64,000 bases of DNA, from the NCBI RefSeq assembly GCF_006345805.1, contig NC_042998.1, positions 64,108,001-64,172,000 on the forward strand, given 5' to 3'. Shown here in pieces: positions 56,895 through 64,000 of the stretch. This DNA comes from Octopus sinensis. Its lineage: Eukaryota. The first letter of the stretch is position 1. Every line of letters begins with the position of its first letter. The notes beneath the pieces are model-generated. The model was not told where the DNA came from. It made no database searches and saw nothing but the letters and a program-made list of their open reading frames with translations. The translations under genes and the position numbers were made by a program.

Positions 56895-58300
56895 CTAGCC
56901 CAGTTTTTGGTAGGTCTTGACAGGTACAATTATATCGATTGGGACTGTCATATCAATGAGGAGGTATGATGTTTATATGAAGTCTGCCAATATAACGTCC
57001 GGCCTATTGGCGGCTATCTTTCTGTTAGAACGGTGAAGATCCAGAGGAGTGTAGATGTGATAATTTTCAAGCACTGGAGATGGTCTGTGTTTCCGCTTGT
57101 TTTCTCATGGATCATGTCCAGGTTTTTGCAAATTACCCAGTGAACATATTATGTTTCTCTATCATACCTGTTGAGATACTCTGTAGGCACAAGAAGATAT
57201 GGAGACAACATGATGAATGGTTTCATCGTGTTGTTTACATATACGACATGTTGGGCTGTCATCACTTTTTAATATGTTGGCCTGGTCGTTCCTTTTAGGA
57301 ATGCATTGTTCTTGGGCTGCCATGATAAACCCTTCTGTTTCTGATTTTAAGCCAGAAGACACCATTGATGGGTAAAGGCTTTGTCAACATCGGCACAATT
57401 AGCTGTCTATGGGTATTTGCCATTGACAGATTTTTTTTGGTATTTACTATTAATAATATCTAACGCAGCAGTTTTAGTACAGGTTTTCATACTCTCTGCT
57501 TGTTTCCAGTATGTCTATTTCTGGGATTTGTTGTATTTGGAATTCACTTAGATATTTCTTTGTCTGTTTTGTTACTAGGATTGAGGTCTTCTTGTTTTCG
57601 TACTTTTAGACAAGTTTTAACATCCAGCCATTGGAGTTCTTTAGGTAGGTGTTGAGGCCAATTGTGACAATCTTCATTGTTAATGCCAGTTTGTAAATGT
57701 CCACGGCCCCCCTCTTTTCTTTGCTGGTAAAGACGTTCTATATCTGCCTTAGCCTGAGGCATTCTATGCATGATCAAGAATTCTCGTATTTTTCTTTGAA
57801 GATTCCATATTTCAATAATTGACCAGTTAATGAAATTTAAAATGTAAGTCACATCTGGTATGGCTAAAGTATTGCTCGCTTCAATCCTGTTTCTTGCATT
57901 CAGCTCTGTCTTGCGTATTGCCCTTACCCTGGGATAACATTCTTTTCAGATTCTTTCCTTCATCATTGAATGTTTTATTCCATCCTCTTCAAATACCCTT
58001 AGTTATTTGTTACTCTCCGCCGGTCAAACTCTATTATGACATTCAGTTGGTCATAATCAACGTTGGAAGTTTTTGTCGTTTTCCCTTTGGTGGAAGCCAA
58101 ATTGCATCCTGATGTCAACATTGAACATTTGCTAGTAAGTCCTGCAGCTGTTGGTCATTTTTTGCAAAGAGCTGTATATCATCCATGTAAAGGAGATGAT
58201 TTATAGTTTTATGAAACTGTGTAGCCTTCTGGCATATCATCGCGCAATTTCGACAAGGGGCTTTAAGGCTTGAAAAAAGAAGGGTGGTGATAGATAGCCA
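56895..58300 (-). mobile_element. Decayed Dong-like LINE (family 3-like; thumb, CCHC, partial RLE)
   Basis: SSGLKSETEGFIMAAQEQC..CRICKQHDETIHHVVS, HRMPQAKADIERLY. Confidence 0.85.
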
Positions 58301-58312
58301 CCGTATTATTAA

Positions 58313-58404
<92 letters not shown>

Positions 58405-58409
<5 letters not shown>

Positions 58410-61196
58410 TAGTTTTATTTTTATAGCGTGCTTTCACTTCACTACCGAGCGCAGCTCTGTGTGCCTTGGGTATGTGCTGTGATTTGTTGTGATGCTCTGA
58501 TGGTTATTGTATGGAAAGTGTTCTGCGTAGGATGTGTGCAGTGCCTAGTAGTGCAATTTACTGTATGTTATATGTGTTTGTAAGTCCTGGTGTGTTTTGT
58601 TATGTTTGTCTGAATATTTTTTTATCATGCCTAATGCACCTACTATGATAGGAATTGTTTCTGTTTTCAGATTCCACATTCTAGTTACCTCTATTTCCAG
58701 GTCTTTGTATTTTGAAAGTTTCTCCATTTCTTTTAGAGACACGTTGTCATCAGCCGGTATTGATACATAAATTAGAAAGCATTTTTTTTCTTCATGATCT
58801 CTGACAACTATATCTGGTCTGTTGGCCTTAATATCTCTATCTGTGTGTATCGGCATATCCCAGAGTATGGTTGCTTTCTCGTTTTCTGTGACCTTTTCTG
58901 GTGTGTGCCTATACCATCTTTTTTCTGTTGTTATTCCATAATGTTGGCATAGCTTCCAATGTATGTAGGTTCCAACTCTGTCATGTCTGTGAATATATTC
59001 CTTCTTAGCCAGGACTGGGCAGCTAGAGATAATATGATTTATTGTTTCTTGTCCATCTCCACATATTCTTCAGTTACTTGTAATATTTCTTTTCATTAGA
59101 TGTTTTTGGTAATTTCTTGTGGGGAGGCTTTGGCCTTGTGCTGTAATTAAAAATCCCTCTGTTTCTGCTTTGAGTCCTGAGCTTCTCAACCATTGCTGGG
59201 ATTTTTCTTTGTCTATTTCTTTTGCGTTTTGTTTAGTCCAGTAATCACAATGAAGGGGCTTTTCTTGCCATCGTTTTATCATGGTTCGTTGCTGTTCTAT
59301 TTTTAGTTTGGATCTCATTTGTTTTATAGCTTTTGTTGTTTCTTCATCTTCTTCTTCTTCTTCATGTTTATTAGGTGGTATGATTTCTTGTTTGTATTTG
59401 TCAGCTTCCTTAAATACTGAGAACAGTTTTTTGTTTTGACCGTGTTTTGCCGCTATCTGGATTAGTTTTCCTTCCTTCTGAAGTAGATATTTTTGCAGTC
59501 CTATGATGGTTATTTTATAGTAGTTTTTCAACTGTATAAGGCCTCTACCACCTTCTATACGTTGTATATATAGTCTTTCTATGTCAGATTTTGGGTGATG
59601 CGTCCTAGACCCAGTCATTATTTTTCTCGTTTTCCTATCTATTTTGGTCAGTTCATTTCGTGTCCAGTTAAGGATATTGTAGCTGTAACTTATAACTGGG
59701 ACAGCTAAAGTGTTGATACCTATTATCTTGTTTTTAGCATTGAGCTCTGTGTTTAGTATTGATCTAACTCGTCTATAATATTCTTTTTTTATTTTCTCTT
59801 TCATTTGTGTGTGTTGTGTCTTATCTAGTTCATGGATTCCTAAGTATTTGTAAGTTTGGCTTTGGTCTAATTCTTTTATTTCATTGGTTTTATCTAGTGT
59901 GATGTTGTTGCTCTTAACTAGTTTTCCTCTTTTCATGGTTACTTTGGCGCATTTTTCTAATTCAAATTTCATATCTATTTCTTTGGTAAATCCATGAACT
60001 GTCTTTAATAGTGTTTCCAGCTGTTTGTCATTTGCAGCGTATAGTTTTAGGTCATCCATATATAAAATGTGGCTGATCGTTTTGCCGTAACATTTATATC
60101 CGCATCCAGTTCTATTTAGCATATCAGATAGAGGTGACAGTGCCAAGCAGAAAAGGAGTGGAGAGAGCGTGTCTCCCTGGAATATTCCTTTTCTAATGGG
60201 GATGTCTTTGGTTTTCATGAGTCCCTCTTTTGTTTGGAGGTGTAGGACTGTTTGCCATTTATTCATAGAATGCTCTATAAATTTTATGATTGTTGGTGCT
60301 ACTTTGTTAATGGCTAGTGTTTCGAGGATCCATGTGTGGGGGATGCTATCAAATTCCTTTTTGTAGTCAATCCAGGCCATACTGAGGCCTTTCTTCTTTC
60401 TGTGGCTGTCTTCAGTTATGGCTTTATTAATCATTAGTTGATCTTTACAGCCATATGAGCCTTTGCGGCATCCTTTCTGCTCTTCTGGGAATAGTTTGTT
60501 TTCGTCCAGGTGCTTGTTTAGCCTTTGTGATATCACTGCAGTAAATGCCTTGAACATAGTAGGGAGGCAGGTTATTGGTCTGTAGTTTTCTGGTTTTGTT
60601 GTTTCATTTGATTTGGGAATTAAGATGGTTTTCCCCTTCGTGAGCCATTCAGGCATTGTCTCTGGCTCTGCCAGTATGCTGTTAAAATTTTTCAGCCAGC
60701 TTTTTGTGCATTCCTGTTATATATTTCAACCAGAAGTTGGGGATCTTGTCATGTCCAGGTGCCTTCCAGTTGCTTAGTCTTTGCAGTGCCTGGGTGACCT
60801 CTTCAGTTGTTATGGGGGTCCAAAGTTGTTCAGATGCCGAGTTTGTTATTCTGATACTCCTTTTTTTTGGTGGTTCGTTCGCCGACCATATTTCTCTCCA
60901 GAATTCTTCCAATTCTTCTGCCGTTGGTGCTGCAGTGACTTCTATTTTATTTTTGCCCAGTTCTTGGTAGAACTTTTTGGGGTTGGAGTTGAACTTTTTG
61001 TTTTCTTCGAAGAAGCGTTGGCGTCTCTTGTACTGGCGGATCCTTTGTGCTTTGGCAAGGATATCTTGCTTCAGCTTTTCTTTTATTTCAGGCAAATCTT
61101 TCTCTGTGATGTTATATTTGCGGAGTATTTTTGTTCACTTTTTGTTGCTCAGTAGCGTTGATTGTTTTGTTCTCTTTTTGTTGCTCAGTAGCAATA
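58405..61196 (-). mobile_element. 5'-truncated, young-looking Dong-like LINE family 2
   Basis: 528-aa open RT, CCHC and RHD region, RLE ORF 58545-58856 (RPDIV..YVSIP..KYKDLEIE), 3' UTR ending in (TAA)n at 58300-58404. Confidence 0.94.
59070..60656 (-). CDS. Non-LTR reverse transcriptase plus thumb (528 aa)
   Basis: NYRPITCL, QKGCRKGSYGCKDQL, AWIDYKKEFDS, GIFQGDTLSP, YMDDLKLY, YKYLG. Confidence 0.92.
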   Translation of the reverse strand: MPEWLTKGKTILIPKSNETTKPENYRPITCLPTMFKAFTAVISQRLNKHLDENKLFPEEQKGCRKGSYGCKDQLMINKAITEDSHRKKKGLSMAWIDYKKEFDSIPHTWILETLAINKVAPTIIKFIEHSMNKWQTVLHLQTKEGLMKTKDIPIRKGIFQGDTLSPLLFCLALSPLSDMLNRTGCGYKCYGKTISHILYMDDLKLYAANDKQLETLLKTVHGFTKEIDMKFELEKCAKVTMKRGKLVKSNNITLDKTNEIKELDQSQTYKYLGIHELDKTQHTQMKEKIKKEYYRRVRSILNTELNAKNKIIGINTLAVPVISYSYNILNWTRNELTKIDRKTRKIMTGSRTHHPKSDIERLYIQRIEGGRGLIQLKNYYKITIIGLQKYLLQKEGKLIQIAAKHGQNKKLFSVFKEADKYKQEIIPPNKHEEEEEDEETTKAIKQMRSKLKIEQQRTMIKRWQEKPLHCDYWTKQNAKEIDKEKSQQWLRSSGLKAETEGFLITAQGQSLPTRNYQKHLMKRNITSN

Positions 61197-61212
61197 ATAT
61201 TATTATTATTAT

Positions 61213-61472
61213 TATTCAGTAGTTTTATTTTTATAGCGTGCTTTCACTTCACTACCGAGCGCAGCTCTGTGTGCCTTGGGTATGTGCTGTGATTTGTTGT
61301 GATGCTCTGATGGTTATTGTATGGAAAGTGTTCTGCGTAGGATGTGTGCAGTGCCTAGTAGTGCAATTTACTGTATGTTATATGTGTTTGTAAGTCCTGG
61401 TGTTTTTGTTATGTATTTGTCTGAATATTTTTTTATCATGCCTAATGCACCTATTATGATAGGAATTGTTTC

Positions 61473-61475
<3 letters not shown>
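61213..61475 (-). mobile_element. Second 3' end of family 2, directly upstream of the 58405 copy
   Basis: Near-identical to 58405-58660. Separated from the next copy by a short (TAA)n and followed by (TAA)n. Confidence 0.92.
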
Positions 61476-61562
<87 letters not shown>

Positions 61563-62549
61563 CATCATTATTATTATTAGTAGTAATAGTAGTAGTTGTA
61601 GTAATATTATTATTGCTACTATTATTTTAGTATTATTTCAGTGTCCTTTGTCTTAAATCTTTCGTCATACATCATGTGACTTCCTCCGCGGCTGTCCATC
61701 TCACGTGTCCCATCTTGGACTGTCTACTCCATTCTGCACTTCTGTGGTGTGTGTAGCATTTGCTTAAAAGTAATTCTGTGAAATTATATGAATAACATAG
61801 ATGTAATAATTCTATTATTGCTTAGATTATCGTAACCACTTTGAGAATTACACAAATATGCACAAAATACACACACACTATCTCACTCACACTTATACGT
61901 ATGTATGTATGTACGTAAAAAGAATTCATACTGTGACACTTGTTCTCTGTGCCAGCCAGCACAGCTGTAATGTGCAAACCTTTCGCCGGGCACAAGGGTC
62001 ATACAAGTGCCTCACATTGCATCAAGAATCACTCACTTCAGTGATTCTTTCTATCAATGGCTTTGCTCGTATACGAGAAAGCATCCGTCTAAGATGTACG
62101 TACGGACGTATGTATTTATGTATACATGTATATGAACACATAACCGTGCACACATAAGCTGCTGCAGACACAAGTAGATTTTAAGTAATGTTTCTAAAAG
62201 TAATTTCTTGCATCAATATGTTGAATATTATATAAATGTTTTTAAGTATCATGTTATTTATTCAAATAATTATTTGCATATAAGGGTATGCTTCCAACTA
62301 AGTAGAACGTATAAACGATATTACTGTCTCTGTCTTGAATAGTGACATGAGGTGTGGGAAGGACTTGCGAGAATATTTAGATTCTGCACTCTTACATTTA
62401 ATTACAAATTGCAACCTAAAGGTAAGTCTGCACATGCGAGGTAATGTTAGGCTACAGGGAACACAGAATAAAATGGATTCTTGCAGGTAACTGTGTTTCT
62501 AGAACTGAGTTTACTGTTTGAAATGAAGAACAGAAAGTTTATAAACGAT

Positions 62550-63930
<1,381 letters not shown>

Positions 63931-64000
63931 GAGATTGAAGCAAATACTGTTATCCTGTCTCCTACAAATTGTACAGAATAACAAAATTACTTTTTTATCA

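Overview
AT-rich, microsatellite-dense eukaryotic intergenic or intronic DNA. The SINE families resemble octopus repeats (host identity is inferred). I found no host protein-coding gene. The window is a retroelement graveyard with two microsatellite-associated systems. (1) About ten copies or fragments of R4/Dong-type restriction-like-endonuclease (RLE) LINEs, from at least three families, mostly sitting in (TAA)n tracts. (2) Penelope-like elements (PLEs: RT plus GIY-YIG) and their non-autonomous derivatives in (TA)n tracts. The main signal missing from the ORF track is a dense set of type I hammerhead ribozyme (HHR) motifs, folded by eye, from five sequence families. One HHR lies in each pseudo-LTR of a near-intact PLE (46206-46256, 52043-52093). 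A non-coding ~600-bp tandem array carries one long-stem-II HHR per unit (41283-43645; retrozyme-like; solo inverted copy at 52193-52866). Another HHR lies at the 3' end of a second PLE (53161-53247, decayed relative at 62791-62876). A minimal HHR sits inside a tRNA-headed SINE-like family (11555-12020, 6990-7319), and a CUGUUGA core variant is at 49616-49653. All structures are manual predictions and have not been tested for activity.
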